From an uncultured delta proteobacterium (GTDB lineage: Bacteria; Myxococcota; Myxococcia; Myxococcales; Myxococcaceae), in contig CAVYSY010000026.1 in assembly GCA_963771175.1 (NCBI GenBank), forward strand, positions 256,001 through 320,000: DNA of 64,000 nt, written 5' to 3'. The position numbers and the translations under genes were made by a program. Numbering within the stretch: the stretch's first letter is position 1; the number at the start of each line of letters is the position of its first letter. The notes below the pieces were generated by a model. The model was not told the origin of the DNA. It made no database searches and worked only from the letters and a program-made list of their open reading frames with translations. Shown here one piece after another: positions 19,547 to 31,864 of this stretch.

Positions 19547-21144
19547 CTATTTCCCAGATGCGGGGGGAGTGGCCGCCACGTACTGCTCCAACCGGGTGAT
19601 GCCCAGCTTCTTCATCCGGCTCTGCAGGGTGGAGGGTTTGAGCCCCAACAGCGCCGCCGCGCCTCCCGGGCCGTAGATGCGGCCCCGCGTCAGCGCCAGG
19701 ACGCGCGCGATGTGCTGGCGCTGCACCTCCTCCAGGGTGTGCACCGCGCCCTCGCGCAGCGGCGGCGCCTCCACTGGCCGCCTTCTCCCCGGCCGCGCGG
19801 ATGGGCAGGTCGAACGCCTCCGGCGCCCAGCTCCGACGCGCGACAGGATGGTGGCACGCTCGAGGACGTTGGCCAGCTCGCGGAGGTTGCCGGGCCAGTC
19901 GTACGCCGCGAGCTTCTCCAGGCCCTCCGGGGTCACGCGCATCCCCCGCCGCCCGGTGCGCTGCGCCTGCTCCTCGAGCAGGAACGCGCAGAGCAGCGGC
20001 AGGTCCTCGCGCCGCTCGCGCAGGGGGGGCAGGCGCAGCGGGAAGACACTCAGGCGGTAGTAGAGGTCCTCGCCGGAAGCGGCGCTGGGAGATGGCCTGC
20101 TGCAGGTCCACGTGCGTGGCGGCCAGGATCCGCACGTCGACGTGCACCGTCCGGTCGCTCCCCACCGGCTCGAAGCCCTTCTCCTGCAGCACGCGCAGCA
20201 GCTTGGCCTGCAGCTCCACGGGCAGCTCGCCCATCTCGTCCAGGAAGAGCGTGCCCCCGTGCGCCATCTGGAAGCGCCCGGCCCGGTCGCGCGTTGCCCC
20301 GGTGAAGGCCCCCTTCACGTGGCCGAAGCAGCTCGCTCTCCAGCAGCCCGGCGGGGATGGCCGCGCAGTTGAGGGTCACGAAGGGCTGCTCCGCGCCGCG
20401 GCTCCAGCGGTGGATGGCCCGGGCCAGCCGCTCCTTGCCCGTGCCCGTCTCGCCCAGCAGCAGCACCGGCGTGTCCGTCTCCGCGACCTGCCGCGCCGCG
20501 CCGCGCCACCTCGCGCATCGCCGGGCTTGCGGCTGGTCTCCAGGATGCCCGCCGGATCCCCGCCAGCTGCGCCTCCAGCAGCTTCGCGTGCTCGTGATCC
20601 TGGCGGTGCAGGCGCTCAAGCGCCTCCCGCTGCTCGGCGTTCTGCAGGGCCGGGGCCAGCATCTGTCCGTAGACCTCCACCAGGTCCACCACCGCCGGCG
20701 GGTAGGTCTCGCACTCCGTGCGGTCGAGGGTCAGCACCCCGAGCACCCGCTCCCCCGCGCCAGCGGCACCACCATGCAGGAGTGCCCGGCGGGCAGGTCC
20801 AGCACCCCGTCGAAGGGATCGCCGTCGCCGTGGGCGTGGTCGTCCTCGGTGAAGGCCCGCGCCCGCCGCGTCTCCAGCGCCTGCGCGGATGGTGGGGAAG
20901 TCGTCCAGGCTGCAGGGCCAGTGGCGCCGCACGGTTGTCGGCCAGCGGACCCGCGGGCCACGCGCAGGTCGAGCTCGCCTTCTCGCAGCTCGAAGACGGT
21001 GGCCAGATCGAAGCGGACCAGGCGGGCAAGCCAGTCCAGGCCCCGGCGCAAGCAGTCCCCCACCGTCTCTTCCGTGGACGCCGCTGGGTCAGCGCCCGGC
21101 CAGCGTCCGAGCTCGTCCCGGGTCGTTTCGGTCCCTCCAGCCAT
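19547..21144 (-). CDS. Sigma54-dependent activator with GAF domain (many indels)
   Basis: [29 protein letters not shown] and Fis-type [24 protein letters not shown]-terminal GAF. Confidence 0.92.
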
Positions 21145-21188
21145 CCGGTTCCCTCGGTCAACGGAGCGCACCCTAATGCGGTGGCTCG

Positions 21189-21282
21189 CACCGAAATGTC
21201 AGTGTGCAGTTCCACGACGCCTGCATGGGTGCGACACCGAAAATTCGGAATGGCGCGATGTTCCTTGGCCATCGACGCTGCT
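21189..21282 (+). promoter_or_regulatory. Putative activator sites and sigma54 promoter for ahpC
   Basis: CACCGAAATGTCAGTG (21189-21204) and CACCGAAAATTCGGAA (21235-21250); TGGCCATCGACGCTGCT at 21266-21282 has GG-N11-GC, one base off consensus. Confidence 0.45.
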
Positions 21283-21351
21283 TAAGGTCAGTCGCGAAGA
21301 ACTGTCCGAAACCGCCGAAGCAGCCAACCAACCACCCAGGAGCAACCAGAC

Positions 21352-21907
21352 ATGCTGACCGTTGGCGACAAGCTTCCCGAGTTCACCGTCAGGGTCGTCG
21401 TGAGCCTCGAGAAGGGCAAGGAGTTCAAGGAGATCCCTGGACACTACAAGGGCAAGTGGAAGGTCGTCTTCTTCTGGCCGAAGGACTTCACCTTCGTCTG
21501 CCCGACCGAGATCGCGGAGTTCGGCAAGCTCAACAAGGACTTCGCGGATCGCGACGCGCAGGTCCTCGGCGCCTAGCATCGACACCGAGTTCGTCCACCT
21601 CGCGTGGCGCAAGCACCACGCGGACCTCAAGGACCTGCCCTTCCCGATGCTCGCCGACATCAAGCGCGAGCTGAGCACGCGCTGGGCATCCTCCACAAGG
21701 ACGAGGGCGTGGCGCTGCGCGCCACCTTCATCGTGGACCCCAGGGCAAGTCATCCGGCACGTGTCAGCGTCAACGACCTGTCCGTCGGCCGCAACGTCGG
21801 ACGAGGTCCTGCGCACCCTCGACGCGCTGCAGACCGACGAGCTCTGCCCCTGCAACTGGCAGAAGGGTGACGAGACGCTGACCCAGAAGCTGGCGAAGGC
21901 GGGCTGA
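21352..21907 (+). CDS. ahpC: Peroxiredoxin AhpC (indels)
   Basis: FFWPKDFTFVCPTEI, ALRATFIVDP, LDALQTDELCPCNW; AGGAG RBS. Confidence 0.93.
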
Positions 21908-21909
21908 GC

Positions 21910-22443
21910 ATGAGCGCGCTCGAGACCATCCGGGAGAAGCTGCCGGACGCAGCGCGCGACATCCGGCTCAACCTGCAGTCCGTGATGGAGCGGAGAGGCC
22001 CTCACCGCGGACCAGCGGTGGGGGACTGGCGCTCGCCAGTGCCTATGCGGCGCGCAACCCCGAGCTGCGTGAAGCCTACGTGCAGGAGCGCGACGGCGCC
22101 GGCGATCTCGGCCGATGCGGTCTCGAGGACGCGACGGCGGCGGCGGTGATGATGGCGCATGAACAACGTCTACTACCGCTTCCGCCACTAATGGGAGAGG
22201 AGAGCTCGTACCACACCATGCGCGCCAACCTGCGCATGCAGCGGATCGGGCAGGTGGCTCACCAACAAGGTGGACTTCGAGCTCTTCTGCCTCGCGGTCA
22301 GCGCCATCAACGGCTGCGAGATGTGCGTGCAAGTCCCACGAGCGGTGGTGCGCTCGAGGGCGGGCTGACGGAGGAGCAGGTCCACGATGCCAGTCCGCAT
22401 CGCGGCGGTCATCCACGCCGCGGCGGTGGCGCTCGAGTCGTAG
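21910..22443 (+). CDS. ahpD: Alkylhydroperoxidase AhpD (indels)
   Basis: LPDAARDIRLNL, MNNVYYRF, DFELFCLAVSAINGCEMCV recovered across frames. Confidence 0.88.
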
Positions 22444-22558
22444 GCGTTCCGCTTCACGCGGAGATCAGACTCGCCCTCCGGTGGACACGCCGGGGGACGG
22501 GTCACTTTCAGGCGCTCGGCATCCCATCTCCAAAACGACACGCGAAAGGAACGAACGC

Positions 22559-23064
22559 ATGTACCGAAGCCCGAGTCCGCTCTCCGAGCAGTCCCGCAAG
22601 GAGATCGCCGCCGCGCTCAACGCGCGGCTCGCCGACGGGCTCGACCTGCACAGCCAGATCAAGGTCGCGCACTGGAACATCAAGGGGCCGCAGTTCGCCG
22701 CCCTCCACCCGCTCTTCGAGACCTTCGCGGTGAGCCTGGCCGCCCACAACGACGCGGTCGCCGAGCGCGCGGTGACGCTGGGCGGCAGGGCCTACGGCAC
22801 CGTCCGCCACGTGGCGAAGTCGAGCCGCCTGCCGGACTACCCGCAGGAGACGTCGAAGGACCTGGAGCACGTGCGCCTGCTGGCCGAGCGGATCGAGTCG
22901 TACCTGGACGGCATGCGCGGCGAGCCGGGAGGCGTGACCGAGGAGAGCACCAGGACCCGGACACCGTGGACCTGCTCACCGGGATCATCGTCGAGTTCGA
23001 GAAGCACGCCTGGTTCCTGCGGGCCTCGCTCGAGGGCGGCCGGCGGACTCTGTCCGCTGGTTGA
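22559..23064 (+). CDS. dps: Dps DNA starvation/stationary-phase protection protein (3' indels, end approximate)
   Basis: KVAHWNIKGPQFAALHPLFE, DAVAERAVTLGG, EKHAWFLRASL. Confidence 0.92.
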
Positions 23065-23106
23065 TGCAGGACCCTGGTGGGGTGAGCGGCCTTCCGGTGC
23101 CGGGCT

Positions 23107-23799
23107 ATGCTCTCCGTCGCGAGTCAACGCGAGGAGCCTCGTCATGGCAGGCAGCGATTCACCCCGGCCCCAGGATGTGCCACCCGAGGGACGGGAGCAG
23201 GGCGCCCCGAGCCTCCGGGCGATGGAGCGGCGGCGAACAGCGCCTCCGCCCCGGAGCACACCGACAAGCGCCCGCTCAACGCCCTGGAGGTGCGGGTGCT
23301 GCGCGGGGTGTTCGGCGATGGCATCTCCTACGGGCCCGTGCGCCTGGTGCGGATGGCCCCTTTCATCGCCCAGCTCAACGGCTCCCGGGCCTTCGTGCTG
23401 GGCAACGCCCTGAACCTGCCCGAGCGGAACTTCATCGCCATCTCGCGGGGAGAGCAGCTGGACCTGCTCGTCCACGAAGCCACCCACATCTGGCAGTACC
23501 AGCACCGGGGCTGGGGCTACGTCGCCGAGGCCCTCTGGGCCCAGGGATTCGGGGACGGCTACGACTACGTGAAGGCCCTGCGCGCCGGAAAGCCCTGGCG
23601 GAAGATGAACCCCGAGCAGCAGGCCCAGATGCTCCAGGACGCCTTCCGGGGCAGGTACTTCGACGCCCCCGGCGCGCGCTTCGGTGTGGTGGGCAACACC
23701 GGCACGGTCGTCCCTCCCGGCGAGGCCCCTCCCGACGGCTTCTCCGATTTCACCTCCGTCCTCACCGCCGCCTTGGAGCTGCTTCAAAAGCCCGCCTGA
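23107..23799 (+). CDS. Hypothetical protein with HExxH motif (DUF4157-like); start uncertain
   Basis: RPLNALEVRVLRGVFGDGISYGPVR, AFVLGNAL, LLVHEATHIWQY, MNPEQQAQM. Confidence 0.65.
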   Translation: MLSVASQREEPRHGRQRFTPAPGCATRGTGAGRPEPPGDGAAANSASAPEHTDKRPLNALEVRVLRGVFGDGISYGPVRLVRMAPFIAQLNGSRAFVLGNALNLPERNFIAISRGEQLDLLVHEATHIWQYQHRGWGYVAEALWAQGFGDGYDYVKALRAGKPWRKMNPEQQAQMLQDAFRGRYFDAPGARFGVVGNTGTVVPPGEAPPDGFSDFTSVLTAALELLQKPA

Positions 23800-23920
23800 G
23801 CTCCACTTTTCCACGCTCAGCATAAGATTCCATCAGTATTGACATTTAAGAATACATCGTCGTCTTCTGGATCGGGTGGTGGGTTGGCCACTGGGACTGA
23901 AGCGTGGAGACGGCGGAGTC

Positions 23921-26900
23921 ATGGCGAAGGTGGATGACGAAATCCTGCGGATAGAAGCGGCCCTGACCGCGCAGGAGGGCCTGCGCCCGACGCTCGGGGA
24001 TGCGGTGGTGGATGTGACCGTGGCCGCGCTGCGCACGAAGCACGAGGCGCTCCAGGCCGAGCGCCAGCGGGAGGCCGGGAGTGGAGCACCCGCCCGAGGC
24101 GCTGACGGACAACTCCTCGAGAGGCTGCGGCGCCACATCCCGCGCGAGCTGGCCGAGAAGATGCGGGTGCTGGGGCTCATCGAGGGCGAGCGCAAGCGCG
24201 TCACCGTGCTCTCCGCCCGGCTCTCGGGCTTCACCGCCCTGGGCGAGCGATTGGAGCCCGAGGAGCTGACCTCGCTCACCAGCGACACCATCCACGAGCT
24301 GGCCGAGGCCATCTACCAGTACGAGGGGGCCATCGACAGGTTCGTCGGGGACGACGTGACGGCCATCTTCGGCGCGCCCATCGCCCACGAGGACGACCCG
24401 GAGCGGGCCCTGCGCGCGGCGCTCGCCATGCGCGAGCGCATCGAGGGCATCAACCGCCGCTGGAGCACGCGCCTCGAGCAGCCCCTCTCCCTGCACATCG
24501 GCATCAACACGGGCGAGCTCATCACGGGCCAGGTGGGCCCGGACCTGCGCCAGGACTGCACATTCACGGGCGATACCGTGAGCGCCGCCGTGCGCCTGAG
24601 GGAGGCCGCCCGCTCCGGGCAGGTCTTCGTCAGCGGGAACACCTGGCGCCTGACACACGCCTCCTTCGACTTCGCGGCCCTCGAGCCCCTCCCCCCAAGA
24701 GCAAGCGCGGCGAGCCGCTCCCCGTCTACGAGCTGGTGCGCGCCCGCCTGCTGCCCACCAAGATGCGCGGCCTGCATGAGCTGGCCCCGGCCTTCGTGGG
24801 GCGGGAGGACGAGCTGTCCCTGGTGCTCGATGCCGCGCGCGAGCTCCAGGAGGGACGGGCAGCATCATCACCCTGGCGGGCGAGGCGGGCATCGGCAAGT
24901 CGCGACTGCTGGCCGAGTGCCAGTCGCGGCTGGGCGAGAGCGTGCGCTGGCTGGAGGGCCGCTGCTTCGCCCACACCAGCTCGGTCTCGTTCGCCCCCTT
25001 CCTGGACCTGCTGCGCCGCAAGGCCGGCATCACGGGCGAGCACTCCGAGCCCGAACGCCAGCGCCCTGCTCCACTCCGTCCTGGAGAACGTCTTCCCCGG
25101 AGATGCCGAGGCCCAGGCCATCTTCACCCACCTGCTCGGCTTCCGCGCCACGCGGCAGGAGGAGGCGATGCTCGCCACCATCTCCGCCCAGAGCCTGCGC
25201 CAGAAGCTCTTCGCGCTCGTCGAGCGCTACTACCTCCGGCTCGCCCAGCGGCGCCCCACGGTGCTCGTCATCGAGGACGTGCACTGGGCCGACACCAGCT
25301 CGCTGGAGCTGCTCGAGCACCTCTTCACGGTGACCGAGCGAACCCGCCTCCTCGTGGTCTGCACCTCGCGACTCCAGCTCGAGGGCCCCGACGGCGAAGC
25401 TGCTCACGCACCTCGCGGCCCGCTACCCGGAGCGGCACCGCCCCCGCGTGGTCAGCCCCCTCTCCGAGGCGCACAGCGTGAGGATGCTCGAGCAGCTCCT
25501 CTCCCTGCCCGTGCTGCCAGAGACGCTCCGCACGCTCATCGCCCGCCGGGCGGAGGGCAACCCCTTCTTCGTCGAGGAGCTCCTGCGCTCGCTCATCGAG
25601 CGGGGTGCGCTCATGCGCGGCGAGGTGGGCTGGACCGTGACGCCCCTGCTGCAGACGCTCAAGGTGCCGGACACGCTGCAGGGCGTGCTGATGGCCCGGT
25701 TGGACCGGCTGCCCGTGGAGACGAAGTGGCTGGCGCAGCAGGCCTCGGTCATCGGGCGGACCTTCTCCTACCGCGTGCTCATGCACCTGGCCCGGCGCAC
25801 GGCGGGCGTGGACGCCGACCTCGCGCACCTGGAGCGCGAGGACATCATCCGCGAGCGGTCGAGGGAGCCCGAGCTCGAGTTCATGTTCAAGCACGCGCTC
25901 ACGCAGGACATGGCCTACCAGAGCCTGCTCGCGTCGCGCCGCCGGGAGCTGCACCGCCAGGTGGGTGAGGCGCTGGAGGCCCTCTGCTACGACCGGGTGG
26001 GCGAGCTGCGGAGCGTCATCGGAAGCCACTACCTGCGCGGCGGGGCCTGGGAGCAGGCCGTCACCCACCTCGTGGCGGCCGGAGATGCGTCGGCCCGGCT
26101 GTACGCGCACGCCGAGGCGCGGGAGCACTATACGAAGGCCCTGGAGGCCCTCTCACACCTGTCCGACACCGAGGAGCAGCGGCGGCAGCGCGTGGACACG
26201 ACCCTGAGCCTGGTGAGCGTGTCCTTCGTGGCCCTCCCTCCGGAGCGCAACCTCCAGCGGCTGGCGGAGGCGGAGGAGCTGACGCTCGGCCTGCGCCCCC
26301 CCGAGGGAGGAGTCGACCACGCGCGACGGGCCCGCGTGCACTATTGGATGGGGCGGCTGCACGTCTACCAGGGCTCCTACGACACGGCGATGGACTACTT
26401 CCAGCGCGTCCTCTTGGAGTGCCAGGGAATGGGGGACGAGGCCCTGCTGGCCATCCCCTCCTTCATGATGGGCCGGGTGCTGGCGCTTCAGGGCCATTTC
26501 GGACAGGCCGAGCGCCTGCTCGCGCAGGCCATCGCGCCGCTGGAGCGGACAGGGGAGTGGGTGAACTGGCTGTGGACCGTGGGCTTCCGCTCCATCGCGC
26601 TCGCGGCGATCGGCCAGTACCGCGCCGCGGAGGCCGAGTACGAGCGGGCGCTCACGCGTGCACGGGAGACGAAGGACCTCACGGGCATCGCCTTCTGCCA
26701 GCTCGCCCTGGGCGACATCACCCTGTTCGGTCGAGACCTGCCGCGCATGCTCGAGTCCAGCCGTGTGGCCATCGCGGCGGCGGAACAGTCCGGGGACCGG
26801 GTGCTCACGTTCCTGGGCGTCGGCCAGCTGGCCTGGGCCCAGAGCCGCCTGGGCCTGCACGCCGAGGCGGCGGAGACCGCGACCCGACGCAAGTCCCTCA

Positions 26901-27343
26901 TGGAGAGCGTCGGCGAGCCGCTGCTGTGCCGGGACTGGTTCGCGGCGAGTGATGCCGAGATGGCGTGGCGCACGGGGCGACTCACCGAGGCCGTGGAGCT
27001 GGCCCACCAGGCCATCAAGGAGGCCCGGGCCGCGGGGGGCATCTTCGCCGAGGCCCTCGCGCAACGCGTCCTCGCCCAGACGCTCGCCGCACAGGGAAAC
27101 TGGACAGAGGTCGAGCACCACCTCCAGACCAGCATGGAGCTCTTCGAGACGGGAGAGATGCGCCTCGAGGAGGCCCACACGCACGTCGTCTGGGCCGAGC
27201 TGCGCATCGAGCGAGGCGACATCCAGGCCGCGCGAACCCACCTCGGGCAGGCCATCGCCACCTACGAGCGGAGCGGCCTCGAGGAAGAGCTCACCCGGGC
27301 CCGAAGGCTCCTGGGCGCGCTCGCCGAAGCCAGCTCCGCCTGA
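23921..27343 (+). CDS. STAND NTPase with N-terminal class III cyclase-like domain and TPR tail (indels)
   Basis: GERKRVTVL, FGAPIAHEDDPERALRAAL, IGINTGE; Walker A GEAGIGKS, Walker B VIEDVHWAD, EGNPFFVEE, FKHALTQD. Confidence 0.9.
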
Positions 27344-27370
27344 CCCCACCCCTCATCGCGAGGGGCGGGG
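27344..27370. terminator. Hairpin between convergent genes
   Basis: CCCCACCCCTC-ATCGC-GAGGGGCGGGG inverted repeat. Confidence 0.45.
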
Positions 27371-27393
27371 GTGCTGCTTCGGACGAGAGGAGC

Positions 27394-29657
27394 TCAGCGC
27401 GCCGAGTCACCGGCGACGGGCTGGCCACCCAGTCCCATCTGGTACAGCGAGAAGGCCCAGAGGTCGGTGCCTCCTCGATGAGCTTCGCGGTGGGCTTGCC
27501 GGCGCCGTGGCCGGCCTGGGTCTCGATGCGGATCAGCACCGGGGCGTCGCCGCCCTGCGCCGCCTGCAGCGCGGCGGCGAACTTGAAGCTGTGGCCCGGC
27601 ACCACGCGGTCGTCGGTGTCGGCCGTGGTGACCAGCGTCGCCGGATAGCACGTGCCCGGCTTGATGTTGTGCAGCGGCGAATAGGCGCAGAGCGCCTTGA
27701 ACTCCTCCGGGTTGTCCGGCCGAGCCGTAGTCGTCGACCCAGGCGCCGCCGATCGGTGAACTTGTGGAAGCGGAGCATGTCCATCACGCCGACCGCCGGC
27801 AGGCACGCGCCGAACAGGTCGGGCCGCTGCGTCATGCACGCGCCGACCAGCAGGCCGCCGTTGCTGCCGCCCTGGATGGCCAGCTTCTCGGGCGCGGTGT
27901 ACTTGTTCGCGATCAGCCACTCGGCCGCGGCGATGAAGTCGTCGAAGACGTTCTGCTTCTTGCAGCTTCGTGCCGGCCTCGTGCCAGCCTCGCCGTATTC
28001 GCCGCCGCCGCGGAGGTTGGCCACGGCGTAGACGCCGCCCATCTCCATCCACGCCAGGCGCGCCACGCGAGAAGCTCGGCGTCAGCGAGATGTTGAACCC
28101 GCCGTAGCCGTAGAGGAGCGTCGGGTTCGTGCCGTCGAGCTTCAGCCCCTTCTTGTGGCGAGGAACATCGGCACGCTGCGTGCCGTCCTTGCTCGTGTAG
28201 AAGACCTGCTCGACCTCGTAGTCGTCCGGGTCGAACTTCACCTTCGGCGCGCGGAAGACGCTCGCTCTCGCCGGTCGCCATGTCGTAGCGGTAGATGCTC
28301 GGCGGCGTGGCGAAGCTGGAGAAGGTGTAGAAGGTCTCCGTGTCGGTCCGCTTGCCGCCGAAGCCGCCGACCGTGCCGATGCCCGGGCAGCGCGCACCTC
28401 GCGGACGAACTTGCCGTCGAGGTCGAACACCTTCACCTGCGAGTGCGGCGTCCTTCAGATAGCTGGCGACGAACCGGTCGCCGACGAGCGTCGACGCTGC
28501 GCCAGCGTCTCCGTCGGCCTGCGGGATGATCTCCTTCCAGTCTTGCGGCTCGGGCTTGCGCGAGGTCGATGGCGATCAGCCGGCCGCGCGGGGCGTCGAG
28601 GTCGGTCTTGAAGAAGAAGACCGGGCCGTCGTTGCCGACGAAGGTGTACTCGGCGTCGAAGTTGTCGATCAGCTCGACGGCCTTGGCGTCGGGCTCGCGT
28701 CAGGTCCTTGTAGAAGACGCGATCTTCGTGCGTCGGTGCCGTGCGGTGACGTCGATGACCAGGTAGCGGCCGTCGTCGGTGACGGTGCCGCCGAAGCCCC
28801 ATTCGCTGGTGGTCCGGCGCGCTCGTAGACCAGCACGTCGTCGGCCTGCGGCGTGCCGAGCGGTGGTAGTAGAGCTTCTGGAGTAGTTGGTTCCGCGAGC
28901 GTGCTTGCGCCCGCCTTCGGCTCGTCGAAGCGGCTGTAGAAGAAGCCCTTGCCGTCCTTCGTCCACGAGGCGCCGGAGAACTTGATCCACTCGACAGGTC
29001 GTCGCGCAGGTCCTTGCCCGGTGTCGACGTCGCAGGACCTGCCAGGTCCTGCCAGTCGGAGCCGGCCTCGGCCAGGCCGTAGGCCAGCAGCTTGCCGTCC
29101 GTCGCTGACTCGCCATGCCCGGCCAGGGCGACGGTGCCGTCCTTCGACAGCGTGTTCGGGATCGAGCAGCACGCGCGGCTCGCCGTCGAGCGAGTCCATC
29201 GCGTAGAGCACGCTCTGGTTCTGCAGCCCGTCGTTGCGCGTGATAGAAGTAGCGGTCCGCCCTCGCTCGAAGGGACGCCGAAGCTGCTCGTAGTTCCACA
29301 GCTCGGTGAGCCGCTGCTTGATGAGCGCTCGCGGCGGGGATCGTCTCGAGGTAGCCGAACGTGACCTTGTTCTCGGCCTCGACCCACGGCGCGTCTCGGG
29401 CGCAGTCGGGTCTTCGAGCCAGCGGTACGGATCGGCGCACCTTGGTGCCGTGGTAGTCGTCGACGACGTCAACCTTGCGCGCGACCGGGTAGGTCGGACG
29501 CGCGGACGCGGTGCTCTCCTTCGAGGAGTCGACGGGAGTGGTGGCCGCGGGGGCCGGGGACGCGCTGGGGGCCTGGGCCTCCAGCGTCGTCGGGGCATGG
29601 CTGCAGTGCGTGAGCCAGAGGGCGCACGCGGCGGCGGAAAGAGCGCGGATTCTCTAT
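27394..29657 (-). CDS. Prolyl oligopeptidase family S9 (very many indels)
   Basis: [26 protein letters not shown] catalytic Ser, [18 protein letters not shown]-terminus reads like a lipoprotein signal ([17 protein letters not shown]). Confidence 0.88.
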
Positions 29658-29757
29658 GGTGGCGCGCGAACCTATCAGCCCGGGGGCGTATTTCCGAAAA
29701 GGCGCATGACTCGCCACATCGGAAGCGCCCCCGGGGCGCGCCACGAGAGTTCTCAAC

Positions 29758-31864
29758 TCACCAGATCTTCACGCGCTTCTCGGGCGGCAAGTAGGCGCGT
29801 CGCCCTCCTTCACGCCGAACGCGGCGTAGAACTCGGGCATGTTCGCGCACGACGCCGTTGACGCGGTACTGGCCGGGCGAGTGCGGGTCGGTGAGCAGGT
29901 CTGCGCAGCGCATCGTCGCGGTCAGGGTGCGCCAGACCTGGGCCCAGCCGAGGAAGAAGCGCTGGTCGCCGGTGAAGCCGTCGATCACCGGCGGCTCCTG
30001 GCTTCCCTTGAGCGAGAGCTTGTAGGCCTTGTAGGCGACCTCGAGGCCGCCGACAGGTCGCCGATGTTCTCGCCCAGCGTGAGCTCGCCGTTGATCTTCG
30101 TGCCCGGGCACGGGCTCGTAGGCGTCGAACTGCTCGACGAGCTGCGCGGCGCAGCGCGTCGAAGGCGCGGCGGTCGGCGCGGTCCACCAGTTGCGAAGGC
30201 TTGCCGTCGCCGTCGTAGCGGCTGCCCTGGTCGTCGAAGCCGTGGCTGATCTCGTGGCCGATGATCGCCGCCGATGGCGCCGTAGTTGACGGCGTCGTCG
30301 GCGCTCGGGTCGAAGAACGGCGGCTGCAGGATGCGCGGCCGGGAAGACGATCTCGTTCAACGCCGGGTTGTAGTAGGCGTTGACCGTCTGCGGCGTCATG
30401 CCCCACTCGGTGCGGTCGACCGGCTTGCCGAGCTTGCGCGACGATGCGCTCGTGCTCGAAGCGCCGGCGCGCGTCATGGTTGCCGCAGCGTCATCGCCGT
30501 GACGCACCTCGAGCCTGGAGTAGTCGCGCCACTTGTCGGGGTAGCCGATCTTCACGCTGATACTTCGCGAGCTTCTCCTGCGCCTGCCGCCTTGGTGGCC
30601 GGGGTCATCCAGTCGAGGGTGTCGATGCGACTGCCCGTAGGCGGCGAGCAGGTTGGCGACCAGGTCCTGCATGCGCGCCTTGGCTCTCCGGCGGGAAGTA
30701 GCGGCGCCACGTAGACCTGGCCGACCGCCTCGCCGAGCGCGCCGTCGACGGCGGCGACGCCGCGCTGCCAGCGCGGCCTGTCCTGCTGCTGGCCTCGCTG
30801 AGCCTTGCCGCGGCAGCGCGAACTCGGCGTCTCGGAAGGCCTTGGGCAGCACCTGCGCGTTGGCGTCGAGCAGGCGCACGCGCAGGTAGAGCTTCCAGGT
30901 CGACATCGGCGTGGTCTCGAGCTGCGGCCAGCGTGCGCGACGTAGCTCGGCTGCGTCAGACGACAGACGGTCGATCGACGGGATGCCGGCGGCGCTGGAA
31001 GTAACGCCGCCCAGTCCACGCCCGGCGCGCGTTTCATCAGCACGGGCAGGGTCATGGGGTTGTAGGTCTTGATGGCGTCCTGGCTGTCCACGCGCGACCA
31101 CTGCGCACGCGCGAGCTTCAGTCTCGAGCGCGTAGACCTGCTGCGCGTGCGCCTTCGCGTCGGCATCGCCGGCGAGCCGCAGCAGCGTCTCCAGGTAGGT
31201 GCGGTAGGCCGCGCGCGTTTCCACGAAGCTGTCGCCGCCCAGCAGGTAGAAGTCGCGGTCGGGCAGGCCCAGGCCGCCCTGGTTGGCGTAGGCGATGTAG
31301 CGGTCCGCCTGCTTCGCGTCCTGCCCCACGAAGAAGATGAAGGGCGTCGGGGTGCCGGTGCGCATCAACTCGGCGAAGAGCTCCGGGAGCTGCTGCTTGT
31401 CCTGGAGGCCGGCGATACGGTCGAGGTCACCGCGCACCGGCTCGATGCCGAGTGCCTGGATGCGCTCCGTGTCCATGAAGCTCTGGTAGAGGTCGCCGAC
31501 CTTCTGCAGGTCGGTCCCGTCCTTCTTGCCCTGGACGGTGGCGGCCTCCTCGATGATGGAGCGCAGGGCGGCCTCGCTCTTGTCCGCAGCTCGATCATGG
31601 AGCCGTAGCGGGCCTTGTCCGCGGGAATCTGGGCGGTCTTCAGCCACGTGCCGTTGACGTAGCGGAAGAAGTCGTCCTGCGGGCGCACGCTGGAGTCGAA
31701 GTACTTCGTTTCGACGCCGAGCGTCCGCGGCGTGGAGGCCTGGACGGACTGCTGCGCGGTGGCGTCCGACTGGGTGTTGCGCGAAGTGGCCGTGCACCCA
31801 GGCGGAGGCAGGCCCCGAGCGCGCCGGGAGCCCAGGAATTGCGGAGCGGCTTCTTGTTATTCAT
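29758..31864 (-). CDS. M13 family metallopeptidase (very many indels)
   Basis: RPQDDFFRYVNGTW, GLGLPDRDFY, KIGYPDKW, VNAYYNP, HEISHGFDDQG, GENI, TDPHSP, RVKIW-stop. Confidence 0.88.

Noticed and set aside
21574..21576. In-frame TAG in ahpC as possible recoding
   Set aside because: GCC T AGC ATC GAC is a one-base insertion in A-S-I-D; the reading frame shifts, so this is not read-through
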